Below, piece by piece: positions 50,386 through 62,965 of a stretch of DNA of 64,000 nucleotides. A program made the position numbers and the translations under genes. The DNA comes from Squalus acanthias (Eukaryota). The notes beneath the pieces are model-generated. The model saw only the letters and a program-made list of their open reading frames with translations. It ran no database searches and was not told the DNA's origin. Every line of letters starts with the position of its first letter. The first letter of the stretch is position 1. The stretch covers positions 13,020,001 to 13,084,000 of the forward strand of contig CM059432.1 in NCBI GenBank assembly GCA_030390025.1, given 5' to 3'.

Positions 50386-51050
50386 ATTTTGTAACAAGGC
50401 TCTTTCTGCCTGTTCTGGTGGACACTAAAGAGTCCACGGTGCTATTTGAAGAGGAGCAGGGAGTTTGTCCCCAGCCCTGGACAGCACTTAAACAACACCA
50501 CCAAAAACAAATTAACTGGTTACTCATCTCATTATATTTTGCCGCGTGCAAAATGGAAGAACAACCTCTACTAATCATATGAATATATTTTTAAAAAAGG
50601 ACAGTAAAAGGTCAACTGGTCCATCAAATCTGTCCCATCTCGACACGGTGCAACTCACGTTGCCAACTCTGGTTGGCGGCATTCCTGGGGGTTTGATCAC
50701 GTAACGTTCTGACCACTTGACGTTCTGATCACGTGACGTCTGCAAATGTTACGGCATTTACCTTATAAAGGTTGGCTCTCTTGTAATGGAGTGTCTTTGC
50801 TCGTAGTTTCATGCCAGCAGCTGTTGTACGAGAAGTTCCGAGAACCAGGAGGCCACCCGTGAGCAGGCGAAGAAGGGAAACCGAGGGTGGGGAAGAGGGG
50901 AATCGATTCACAGAAGGGGGAAATCAAAGGTGGAAGGAACTTTGATTCTACCAGCAACTAATAGTAACTCAGTAAAATTGCACCGATAACAAAGTAATAC
51001 TGGTAACACTCATATTTCCTTCATAACCAACAATAATACAATAATAAATA

Positions 51051-51180
51051 ATACAAAAGCAAAATACTGCAGATGCTGGAAATCTGAAATAAAAACAGAA
51101 AATGCTGGAAATACTCAGCAGGTCAGGCAGCATCTGTGGAGCGAGAAACAAAGTTAACGTGTCAGGTCGATGACCCTTCG
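51051..51180 (-). mobile_element. Penelope-like terminal repeat (family B), truncated inside the hammerhead core; abuts an HE1-like tail (51181-51260, +)
   Basis: Minus strand CGA-A-GGGTC-atc-GACCT-GACA-CG-TT-AACT..., with GAAA mutated to GACA. Confidence 0.7.
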
Positions 51181-51894
51181 GGATAGGGTGGGATATGTGT
51201 CGGTGCAGGCTCGATGGGCCGAAATGGCCTCTATCTGCACTGTGGGGATTCTGTGATTATGTAACTGGTAGTAATAGACCCAATATCCTACCTGTAACTA
51301 GCAGTAATCCGATAACCCGCTGATATTCACCCTGAAAGACAAGCCAGTTCCCTCTGCATTGCACAAGGTGCAGTCAGGGTCCCCAGTCGATGCCACTTTT
51401 AACAGGACTGATCTCTCTCCCTATCTCCTTGGACTCTGGTTTGGACTCAGGTTCCGTGGGAAGGTGACATCTCTGAACTGGGAGTCTCAGTCAGAGCCGA
51501 TCTGTACTTGGACTTCACACGGCGAAACCACCTGGCATAGACCGACCTGAACCAAACCGAGAGCTCGCACAAAGGGCAGCGGGCGCGGTGTTTGGGGCAT
51601 TTCTCACAGGGCACATCATCCTAAACTCAGCACCAACATTTCTCAACCACTTCCTGGGCTTGGGACTCAATGAAGGAGAGATTTCATAGAATGATAGAAA
51701 TTACAGCACAGGCAGAAACCATTCAGCCCCCGGTGCCTGTACCGGTTCTGGCACTCACTCCTGTAACCCCATTTTCCTCAGATCCATTTATATTCTTCCA
51801 TTCCAAATATTTATCCCATTCACTTTTAAATGATGATTTAGTCTCTATGTCAATAGCCACTTGTGGTGAAGCATCCCATCGTCCAATAGACCAT

Positions 51895-53600
51895 TCCCCA
51901 GTCTCTCATTCCCCGACTCCCAGTCTCCCACTCTCCCGACCCCTATTCCACAGTCTCCCACTCTCCCGACCCCTATTCCACAGTCTCCCACTCTCCCCCG
52001 ACCCCCAGTCTACCACTCTCCCGAACCCTATTCCCCAGTCTCCCACTCTCTCCCGACCCTCGTTCCCCAGTCTCTCATTCCCAGTCTCCCACTCTCCCGA
52101 CCCCTATTCCCCAGTCTCCCACTCTCCCGACCCCTATTCCCCAGTCTCCCACTCTCTCCCGACCCCCGTTCCCCAGTCTCTCATTCCCCGACTCCCAGTC
52201 TCCCACTCTCCCGACCCCTATTCCCCAGTCTCCCACTCTCCCGACCCCTATTCCACAGTCTCCCACTCTCCCCCGACCCCTAGTCTCCCACTCTCCCGAT
52301 CCCCATTCTCCAGTCTCCCACTCTCCAGACCTCCATTCCCCAGTCTCCCGACCCCCAGTCTCCCACTCTCCTGACCCCTATTCCCCAGTCTCCCGACCCC
52401 TATTCCCCAGTCTCCCACTCTCCCCCGACCCCCAGTCTCCCACTCTCCCGACCCCTATTCCCCAGTCTCCCACTCTCCCCCGACCCCCAGTCTCCCACTC
52501 TCCCGACCCCCAGTCTCCCACTCTCCCGACCCCCAGTCTCCCACTCTCCCGACCCCCAGTCTCCCACTCTCCCCGACCCCCAGTCTCCCACTCTCCCCGA
52601 CCCCCAGTCTCCCCCTCTCCCCGATCCCCAGTCTCCCACTCTCTCCCGACCCCCAGTCTCCCACTCTCCCCGACCCCCAGTCTCCCACTCTCCCCGAACC
52701 CGTCTCCCACTCTCCCCGATCCCCATTCCCCAGTCTCCCACTCTCCCGATCCCCAGTCTCCCACTCTCCCCGAACCCATCTCCCACTCTCCCCGACCCCC
52801 AGTCTCCCACTCTCCCCGACCCCCAGTCTCCCACTCTCTCCCGACCCCCAGTCTCCCACTCTCCCCGACCCCCAGTCTCCCACTCTCCCCGATCCCCATT
52901 CCCCAGTCTCCCACTCTCCCCGACCCCCAGTCTCCCACTCTCCCCATTCCCCCACTCTCCCCGACCCCCAGTCACCCACTCTCCCCGACTCCCAGTCTCC
53001 CACTCTCCCGACCCCCATTCCCCCACTCTCCCCGACCCCCAGTCTCCCACTCTCCCTGATCCCCAGTCTCCCACTCTCTCTGACTCCCAGTCTCCCACTC
53101 TCCCCGATCCCCATTCTCCTACTCTCTCCCGACCCCCAGTCTCCCACTCTCCCCGACCCCCAGTCTCCCACTCTCCCCGAACCCCAGTCTCCCCCTCTCC
53201 CCGATCCCCATTCTCCCACTCTCCCCGATCCCCAGTCTCCCACTCTCCCCGAACCCATCTCCCACTCTCCCCGACCCCCAGTCTCCCACTCTCCCCGACC
53301 CCCAGTCTCCCACTCTCCCTGATCCCCAGTCTCCCCGACCCCCAGTCTCCCCGACCCCCAGTCTCCCACTCTCCCCGACCCCCAGTCTCCCACTCTCCCC
53401 GACCCCCAGTCTCCCACTCTCCCCGACCCCCAGTCTCCCACTCTCCCCGACCCCCAGTCTCCCACTCTCCCCGACCCCCAGTCCCCCACTCTCCCCGACC
53501 CCCAGTCTCCCAGTCTCCCCGACCCCCAGTCTCCCACTCTCCCCGACCCCCAGTCTCCCACTCTCCCCGACCCCCAGTCCCCCAGTCTCCTGAACCCCAC
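51895..53600. repeat. C-rich minisatellite, ~24-bp unit CCCCAGTCTCCCACTCTCCCCGAC (longer ~32-bp variants on the left)
   Basis: About 1.7 kb of visible tandem units. Confidence 0.97.
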
Positions 53601-56116
53601 ACAGTACTGCTACTGTTGATAACTACCCTCTGCTTAGCAGGAATGTAACCAATCTGCTATCCAACTCCTAACCAACATAGCTCTCTTATTCAATACTTCC
53701 AAAAGCAGATTAACTGGGGATTTACCTTATTACTGTTTTAAGAAGCTTGCTGTGTGAAAAATCATGGGGCTCGAAATTCATTATAGCCCAGGAATGGGCG
53801 ATATCATTAGAAAAGTTTGAGAATTAGCGCCAGGCGCTAATGCTTTAGACTGCACGCAAAATTCATTCTCATTGTTCAAAGAAATGATTGGGGCACTAAA
53901 TCAAATCTTAAAGGCTGAGCTCAGTGGCGTTACACTCAAACGGTGGACCAATATCGGGTGCAGTCTAATCGCAACTCATCATTGCCAAAGGCTTTTCGCA
54001 GTACTTAAAGGGGAGGTTCATTGATGCTGCAGCACCTCATTCTCAGCATTGCTGGCTATACAGCTGCCTCAGCAAGGAGAAGCACAACAAGAAGAAGGAG
54101 CTGGAGGACTGAAGCAGGTGTGCTCATGGCAGATCCACCTCAGTCGGGTGGTCAGGGTGACTGAATGCTTCAACAAATGCTACATACCACCATCTGTACC
54201 ACAAGCTTCACACACTGCCCAAAGCACCAGACCCCCAGCGCTCACTCACCATCAATCTCTACCTACCAACACTCACACCCACATCTCACACCTTGCACGC
54301 AATGGCAGCTATTCAACTTTGGGAGGAACAAGGGTCATTAGTTATTAGAATGAACGTGTTATGTTTATGCGTAAATTTATTAATGGAGTTGGCAATATTT
54401 TGTGGTCTCTCTCATTTCACCTTTGTGCCCAGGAGGATGCTGTGATATGGCATGACACAGGGATAGTATGATGGGGATGTGGTGAGCAAAAAAGATCTGG
54501 GGTTTATGTCATCCTGGTGTGAGGCTGGAGGTCTGTTTGGAGGAGGTGGCACCACCTTGGTGATGCGGAGCCATCTAATAGAACATAAGAAATAGGAGCG
54601 GAAGTAGGTCATTGGGCCCTTCGAGCCTGCTCTGCCATTCAACAAGATCATGGCTAATCTTCTACCTCAACTCTACCTTCCCGCACCATCCCCATATCCC
54701 TTAATTCCCAAAAATTTATCGATCTCTGTCTTGAATATACTCAACGACTGAGCATCCACAGCTCTCTGGGGTAGAAAATTCCAAAGATTCACAACCCTTT
54801 GAGTGAAGAAATTTCTCCTCATCTCAGTCCTAAATGGCTGATCCCTTATTCTGATACTGTGACCCCGTGTTCTAGATTCCCCAGCCAGGGGGAACATTCT
54901 CTCAGCATCTATCCTCTCAATCCCCCTCAGAATCTATGGCAAGTATGTCTTTCCTTAGGTAAGGAGACCAGAACTGTACACAGTACTTCAGGTGTGGCCT
55001 CACCAATGCCCTGTATAATTGTAGTAAGACTTCTTTACTCTTATACTCTAATCCCTTTGTAACAAAAGCTAACATACCATTTGCTTTCCTAATTGCTTGC
55101 TGTACCTGCATGTCAACTTTCTGTGATTCATGTACAAGGACACCCAGGTCCCTCTGAATGCAAACATTTCCCAGTCTCTCACCATTCAAAAAAATATTCT
55201 GCTTTTTTGTTTCTCCTACCAAAGTGGATAACTTCACACTTCCCCACATTGTATTCCATTTGCCATGATCTTGCCCATTCAGTTAACCTGTCTATATCTC
55301 TCTGCAGCCTCTTTGCGACCTCCTCACAGCTTACTTTCCCACCTAACTTTGTATCATCAGCAAACTTGGATATGTTATACTCAGTCCCTTCATCAAGTCA
55401 TTGATATAGATTGTAAATAGCTGAGGCCCAAGCATTGATCCTTGCGGTACCCCACTAGTTACAGCCTGCCAACCTGAAAAAGTCCCGTTTATTCCTACTC
55501 TCAGTTTTCTGTCCATTAACCAATCCTCAATCCCATGAATCCTAATTTTGTGTAATAACCTCTTGTGTGGCACCTTATCAAATGCTTTTTGAAAATCCAA
55601 ATACACCACATCCACTGGTTCCCCCTTATCCATCCTATTAGTTACATCTTCAAAAATCTCTAACATATTTGTCAAACACGATTTCCCTTTCATAAAACCA
55701 TGTTGACTCTGCCTAATCATATTACGTTTTTCTAAGTGCCCTGTTACCACATCACTAATAATAGATTCTAGCATTTTACCTACTACTGATGTCAGGCTAA
55801 CTGGCCTATAGTTCCCCGTTTTTTCTCTTCCTCCTTTCTTAAATAGCGGGGTTATGTTTGCTACCTTCCAATCCTTGGGGACTGTTCTAGAATCTAGGGA
55901 ATTCTGGAAGATTAATACCAGTGCATCCACTATCTCTGCAGCTACCTCTTTTAAAACCCTAGGATGCAGGTCGTCAGGTCCAGGGGATTTGTCGCCACTT
56001 AGTCCCATTAATTTCTCCAGCACTGATTTCTTTAAGTTCCTCATTTTTTCTAGCCCTTGGTTCCCCATTATTTCCAGAATGTTTTTTGTGTCTTCTACCA
56101 TGAAGACAGATACAAA

Positions 56117-56867
56117 GGGCTAGATATTCAGTGCATTTGCACCGCTTGTTAGTGCCTCCGGGGGGCGCTAATGGGGCGCAAACAACTTTTTGCCCGGGCG
56201 CGGCGCCACTAACGACTCCCGCTAAATTCAGCGGGAGTTTAGCGGCGGCGGTAACCGGTAGCGTCCTGCTCCGCTACGCAGGCGATGGCGACGGCAACAT
56301 CATCACCGTGCCCAGCGCCCCGTTTTTGCCCCACCTGCAAAATTGGCCGGCGCCCCCAAATCTGCGCCGGGCGAAGACAGCGACTGATTCAAGGCCCAGG
56401 AACAGAGCGGCAGGAGGCTCTAACTAAAGGGGAGGTGGCGGGTGGGGGAAAAAAAAAATCGTCCGACTTACTTGTCGCGGCATGTTGCATCTTTGAACGC
56501 GGGGTCTGTGCCGCGATCTGGCAGCCCGCCACTCCTCTTGACTGCCAGGCTGCTGGCATGGCACCCCGCTCCCCGGTGGTCCAGGTAGGGCCCCGCAGAG
56601 TTGTGGGCTTGGGCCCTCCCCTTTAATGAGGTGAAGAACCCTTCCATGTGGCAGTGCTATGTGGCCCAGTGCGTAACGCTGCAGAACGCACCGCCCCGAT
56701 ATTCGGGGTTAGCGCTCTAAGAAGGAAGTGGAGCGCTTGAATTAACGCTCCACTTCCCTCTTGGGGCGCTAAAACCAAAGTTAGCAATTGCCGGCGCTAT
56801 TTTTCGCCGGGCACTAAATTTAGCACCCAGGCGACGGTAGTGATGGTCGCTAACGAATTTTTCCCCC
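56117..56867. mobile_element. GC-rich Harbinger-type MITE inside CR1 ORF2
   Basis: 3-bp TSD AAA, and removing the element restores the CR1 sequence ACAGATACAAAATATTTG. Imperfect GGG..ATTC TIRs and GGCGCTA motifs. Confidence 0.75.
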
Positions 56868-58225
56868 AAAATATTTGTTTAATGTCTCTGCCATTTCCTA
56901 CTGCCCATTATAACTTCTCCTGTCTCTGCCTCTAATGGGTCCATGTTTACTTTCACTAATTTCTTCCTATTTATGTACCTATAGAAATGTTTACAATCTG
57001 TTTTTATGTCTCCTGCTAATTTACTCTCATATCTTTTTTCTCTTTCCTTATCAATTTCTTGGTCCTCCTTTTCTGAATTCTAAAATCCTCCCAACCCTTA
57101 GGCTTACTACTCCTTTTGGCAACATTATAAGACTCTTCCTTTGATCTAATACTATCTTTAACTACTCTTGTTAGCCCACGGTTGGACCACTTTTCCTGTG
57201 GGGTTTTTGAGCCTTAAAGGAATGTATATTTGTTGTAAATTATGTATTAATTCTTTAAATGCTGGCCATTGCTTGTCTACCATCATACCTTTTAATGTAG
57301 TTTCCCAATCTACCTTAGCCAACTCGCCCCTCATACCTATGTAGTTTGCTTTGTTTAGATTGAAGACCCTAGTTTTGGACTTAACTAAATCACTTTCAAA
57401 CTCAATATTATGGTCACTCTTCCCTAAAGACCCCTTTACTACAAGGTTATTAATTAACTCTTTCTCATTGCACAATACTAGATCTAAAATAGCCTGTTCC
57501 CTAGTTGGTTCCTCAACATACTGATCTAGAAAACTATCTTGTATACATTCCATGAACTCGTCCTCCACATTATTACTGCAAATTTGGTTTGCCCAGTCTA
57601 TATGTATATTAAACTCCCCCGTGATTATTGTATTACCCTTGTTACATGCGCCTCTAATTTCCTCATTTATACTCTGCCCTACATTACAACTACTATTTGA
57701 GGGCCTATAAACAACTCCCACCAATGTTTTCTGCCCCTTGCTGTTTCTTAGCCCCCCAAACTGATTCTACTTCTTGATTTTCTAAGCCAAGATCCTTTCT
57801 CTCTACTGTCTTTATCCCATCCTTCATTATCAGGGCTACCCCTCCTCCTTTTCCATTTTGCCTATCTCTTCTAAAAGTTAAGTATCCTGGAATATTTAGT
57901 TCCCAGCTTGGTCACTTTGCAACCACATCTCTGTAATGACTATTAGATCAAACCTATTAATTTCTATTTGCGCTATTAATTCGTCTATTTTGTTGCGAAT
58001 GCTTCACGCATTCAGATATAGTGCCTTTAGCTTTGACTTTTTTCTATTTTTCCCTGATGTCACCTTAGTCACTGATGCCTTATTACCTTTGTTACTCTCT
58101 TTGTCCATTCCTGACCCACTCTGCTTATTTTTACCCAAAACTTTGCTCTGCTCTAAAGCCTTTACATTTCTCTTGCTGATTTTAAATTTAATCTTTCCTG
58201 AATCCTCCCACCCCCCTCCACCCCT

Positions 58226-58385
58226 TCATTATCACATTGCTGTTTGTGGGAGCTTGCTGTGCGCAAATTGGCTGCCGCATTTCCCACATTACAACAGTAC
58301 TTCATTGGCTGTAAAGCGCTTTGAGATGTCCGGTGGTCGTGAATGGCGCTATTTAAATGCAAGTCTTTCTTTTTTTTTCTTTTCA
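58226..58385 (+). mobile_element. Deu-like SINE 3' fragment inside CR1
   Basis: Matches 4753-4915. Confidence 0.75.
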
Positions 58386-58858
58386 TTAGTTTAAAGCCCT
58401 GTCTACTGCCCTAGTTATTCGATTCGCCAGGACACTGGTTCCAGCCCGATTTAAGTGGAGCCCGTCCCAACGGAACAGCTCCCTCTTTCCCCAGTATTGG
58501 TGCCAGTGCCCCATAAAGTGAAAGCCTGCCTCCCATACCACTGTTTGAGCCACACATTTAACTGAATCTGCTTATCCCTGTGCTAATTGGCATGTGGCTC
58601 AAGTAACAATCCAGAGATTATTACCTTTGATGTTCTGCTTTTTAATTTGGACCCCAACTCCTCAAACTCTCTCAGCAGAACCTCATTCCTAGTTCTGCCT
58701 ATGTCACTGGTTCCTATGTGGACCATGACAACTGGATCCTCCCCTCCCAAGAGGAGATGTCTTTAACCCTGGCACCGGGCAGGCAACACAGCCTTTGGTA
58801 CTCCCTGTCGCAGCTGCAGAGAATAGTATCTATCCCCCTGACTATACTGTCACCTACC

Positions 58859-59310
58859 TCAACATCCAACATCATCAGCATCGAAGCTTTGGCCACGCTC
58901 GATCAGCTCCGATGGACGGGTCACATCGTCCGCATGCCCGATTTGAGACTCCCAAAACAAGTGCTCTACTCGGAGCTCCGACACAGCAAGAGTGCCCCAA
59001 GTGGGCAGAGGAAATGCTCAAGGACACCCTCAAAGCCTCCTTGAAAAAGTGTAACATCCCCACCGACACCTGGGAATCCCTGGCCCAAGACCGCACAAAG
59101 TGGAGGAGAAGCATCCGGGAAGGCGCCGAACACCTCGAGTCTCTTCGCCGGGAGCAAGCGGAAGCCAAGTGCCCCACCCACCCGCCCCTTCAACCACCGT
59201 CTGCCCCACCTGTGACAGAGACTGTAGGTCCCGCATTGGACTCATCTGAGAACTCATTTTTCATGTGGAAGCAAGTCATCCTCGGTTCCGAAGGACTGCC
59301 TAAGAAGAAG
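58859..59310 (+). mobile_element. RTE-clade LINE 3' fragment inserted into CR1 ORF1
   Basis: QLRWTGHIVRMPDLRLPKQVLYSEL...KDTLKASLK...WESLAQDRTKWR and (AAG)n tail. ~13-bp TSD ACTGTCACCTACC / ACAGTCGCCTACC (58846-58858, 59311-59323). Confidence 0.85.
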
Positions 59311-60024
59311 ACAGTCGCCTACCACTACCACATACCTTTTTACTCCCCCCACTTAAATGGCCCCCTGTACCACGGTGCCGTTGTCAGTTTGCCCATCCTC
59401 CCTGCAGTCCTTGTTCTCATCCATACAGGTAGTAAGTACCTCGTACCTGTTGGACAAGGTCAAGGGCTGAGGCTCCTCCATCACTACATCCTGGGTCCCC
59501 ATACCTTCCTGACTCACAGTCACACCCTCCTGTCCCTGACCATTGACTAACTCTAAAGTACTACTTAACCTAAGGGGTGTTACTGCCTCTTGGAACAAAG
59601 TGTCCAGGTAACTCTCCCCCCTCCCTGATGCCCCACAATGTCTGCAGCTCAGACTCCAGCTCAACAACTCGGAGCTGAAGTTCCTCGAGCTGCAGACACT
59701 TACTGCAGATGTGGTTGCTCAGGATCTCGTTGGTCTCCACCGACTCCCACATGCTGCAGTTAAGACACATCACCTGCACTGCCATCTCCATCAACCTTAT
59801 TATATTTATATAATTAGTTACAGCTTTTATTCAAACGATTATTTTTAGTTTTAATTAGTTAATTTAGCCTAAGTTATTAATTTAATAAAGTTATAGTAGT
59901 TAGTACTCTCCCAGTTCTGAATTTAATCCACTTAACTAACCTTGAGAGCAAAAGAGCTGTAATACTCCCCAACCAATCACATGCCTGCTGTCCTGTGACG
60001 TCACTCCTTTTTTTTTGTTTTTAA

Positions 60025-60297
60025 GTCGCCGCTCAGCTCCCTTTATGCCACCGCCTCGGCTGTCGCCGCTCCCGCTCAGGTCCGCGCTGTGTCCTGGGCC
60101 TTCTCCGCTGCTCCCTTTATGCCACCGCCTCGGCTGTCGCCGCTCCCGCTCAGGTCCGCGCTGTGTCCTGGGCCTTCTCCGCTGCTCCCTTTATGCCACC
60201 ACCTCAGCTGTCGCCGCTCCCGCTCAGGTCCGCGCTGTGTCCTGGGCCTTCTCCGCTGCTCCCTTTATGCCATTGCCTCCGCTGCCGCTCAGGTCCA
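60025..60297. repeat. 74-bp CpG-rich tandem repeat (~3.5 units)
   Basis: CTCCCTTTATGCCA recurs at 60037, 60111, 60185 and 60259. Confidence 0.95.
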
Positions 60298-60974
60298 CAC
60301 TGTGTAATACACTGCTCGTCGCTTAATTGAAGGTAGGAGAGGTGCTGCCTCCTGGTGTGAGTCCTGATGTCCTTCCTCATCCCTCTGCGCACATGTTCCC
60401 GTATTTCTCGCTGCCTACGCTCCCTCCACCGTAGATCCTGGAGGGCGAGGTGGCTTCACAGTACAGCCCCCATTAACATTGCCAAATGTAGCAGTTTGAA
60501 TCTTTGAACAATAAATGTAGCTACTTTGTAGTTGCCAGAAGACTGCTGATACAAAGGAAGCTTGAAATTACTCATAGGAACTGTTCTACTGGGTGAAACT
60601 GACAACAAACCATAACCTACCCTGACAGCTGGGAGTGATTAATGCTGATGCCTTTAAATAACGTCGCTGGAGCCGGCTTCCTGAAGCTGCACGCCAGCTC
60701 TCCCGGTCGCTGTCTGGTCGAGGCCCTAAGGTAAGTGGCGACAATGAATTTTCCAGATCGGGCAGCCAGTGAGCGAGGTACGCTCACTGACGTCATGATC
60801 TGCCTGGCGTTGAAGTCCCTGGCGGTACCTCGTACCGGCGGCGCAACGGGGGGGGGGCCGGATTTGCCGTATGTCGCTGGATTCGCCTCGCCCCAGCGCT
60901 ACTGCATCAGCACCTCGTTGCTGCCAATTGGCTGGCGCTAACGGGAGGCGCTAAGTACCGAATATTTCCCCCAT

Positions 60975-61528
60975 AGCATCATAGAATCATAGAAATTTAC
61001 GGCACAGAAGGAGGTCATTCGGCCCATCGTGTCTGTGCCGGCCGAAAAAGAGATATCCAGCCTTATCGCACTTTCCAGCTCTTGGTCCGTAGCCCTGTAG
61101 GTTACGGCACTTCAAGTGCATATCCAAGTACTTTTTAAATGCGATGAGGGTTTCTGCCTCTACCACCCTTTCAGGCAGTGAGTTCTAGACTTCCACCACC
61201 CTCTGGGTGAAGAAAGTTCTCCTCATTCCCCTCTAATCCTGCCACCAATTACTTTAAATCTATACTCCCTGGTTATTGACCTCTCTGCTAAGGGAAATAG
61301 GTCCTTCCTGTCCACTCTATCTAGGCCCCTCATCATTTTATACACCTCAATTAAATCTCCCCTCAACCTCTTCCGTTCCAGCCTATCCAATCTTTCCTCA
61401 TAGCTACAATTCTCCAGTCCTGGCAACATCTTCATGAATTTCCTCTGCACCCTCTCTAGTGCAATCACATCTTTCCTGTAATGTGGTGACCAGAACTGCA
61501 TGCAGTACTCCAGCTGTGGCATAACTAG
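60975..61528 (-). mobile_element. CR1 LINE 3' fragment
   Basis: PQLEYCMQFWSPHYRKDVIALERVQR...LRGDLIEVYKMM and (ATTCTATG)n tail. Confidence 0.9.
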
Positions 61529-62584
61529 TGGAAAAACAATCACTGCAACTTGTACAAACATGAGAAAGTATAGGAAAAGGTCAACTGGTCCATCAAGCCT
61601 GTCCTATCCCGACATGATGTAACCTACACACAACATCAACCCATAAACAGCTCCCCTTCTTTACCCCTCCCCTCCACCCCACTCACTCTCCCCTCCGCCC
61701 CCACTCACTCTCTCCACCCCCCCCTCAGTCATACAAACTCCTGGGAGAGCCAAAAAAACAAAGTAATTCATTGCATCTTAAGCACTTTTATACATTTCTG
61801 ATAAGGCACTATCATGATAAACGATAAGTTAGTTTTCAGTCACACTGCTAGTTCACCCTCTCAATGAACTATTTCATTTATTTGGAAAAGCAATCAAGAG
61901 GCATGCCATTTACCTACGTGACAACAATCACTGCACTGCCAAAGTAATTAATTGTGTAACGTGCTTCGAGATATTTTGATGCAATAAAACCAAATATAAA
62001 TGCAAGTGTTAAAGTTAGAACTTTTGAAATATCTCATTTTGGAAAACTTTAAAATCTACCACATTTTCGTCAACCATTTCAAATAGATACCATTGCCTAG
62101 AAATTACTGTCGCCAATATATCAGCTAAACACAAGTCATGTTCATATGGCCTTCCTTTGTCTGCTACTTTAGCAGAGCTGTTATCCTTATTAAAATATAT
62201 TTATGGAAATGTGACATCCAGTACTTCACGGGACATCGCTTCGGGCCTTGAAAAAGTTATTGATGCAAGAGCAACACTTGCGTAGCGAGGGCCCCATCAT
62301 TTTACTCGGCAATGATACTCAGCACTACCTACTTATTAACCTGATATAAAATCCACACAGGTATAATCGTGAATAGGCATGTTTTGCAAATAGGTAATAT
62401 AAAAATACTTGACAAGATGATGAGTGATCAGCTATTAACGTTGTGTAGGCGCGCTTTCACTCAATCTGCTTAGGACCCCGTGCAATTGCATGGGTTACAC
62501 GGGGCCGCGGCATTGATGGAATACAACCAGATAGAGCTGAATAATGTAAACTGCAATGTTTGACTGAGATACACTGATTGGCTG

Positions 62585-62965
62585 TTTGAAACATACAAAC
62601 TTCTTACAAGGCTTGACAGGACAGATCCAGGGAGGATGTTTCCCCTGGCTGGGGAGTCTAGAACCAGGGGTCACAGTCTCAGAATAAGAGGTCGGCCATT
62701 TAGGACTGAGATGAGGAGAAATTTCTTCACTCAGAGGGTGGTGAATCTTTGGAATTCTCTACCCCAGAGGGCTGTGGAGGCTCAGTCGTTGAGTATATTC
62801 AAGACAGAGATCGATAGATTTTTGAATATTAAGGGAATCAAGGGATATGGGGATAGTGCAGGAAAGTGGAATTCAGGAAGATGATCAGCCTTGATCTTAT
62901 TGAATGGTGGAGCAGGCTCGAGGGGCCGAATGGCCAACTCCTGCTCTTATTTCTTATGTTCTTAA
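62585..62965 (+). mobile_element. CR1 LINE 3' end
   Basis: MFPLAGESRTRGHSLRIRG...NFFTQRVVNLWNSLP and tail. Confidence 0.9.

Larger units (their letters stand above)
54579..60297 (-). mobile_element. Near full-length CR1 LINE (5' repeats, ORF1, ORF2 EN + RT, tail), disabled
   Basis: ORF1 CxxC..CxxC/coiled coil (59570-59794) and SGNH esterase VGDSIVRG...CCLPGARVKDI (58714-58860). APE endonuclease VGVVYRP...LDLVL...SDHN (57158-57724). [12 protein letters not shown]...[11 protein letters not shown]...GVPQGS (55343-56101). Tail at 54579. Confidence 0.92.
53766..60971. mobile_element. Degenerate Harbinger transposon (HARBI1-like N-terminal remnant at ~60300-60480, minus strand) split by a CR1 insertion
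   Basis: GGGG...AATTC-type ends flanked by CAT on both sides, GGCGCTA motifs at both ends, and peptide RRQHLSYLQLSDEQCI. Confidence 0.55.

Noticed and set aside
51670..53602. ORFs of 189-400 aa with GRGEWETG repeats
   Set aside because: Minisatellite artefacts with no splice or homology support.
60025..60297. CRISPR-like regular repeat
   Set aside because: There are no unique spacers, the context is eukaryotic and no cas genes are present. It is a plain tandem repeat.
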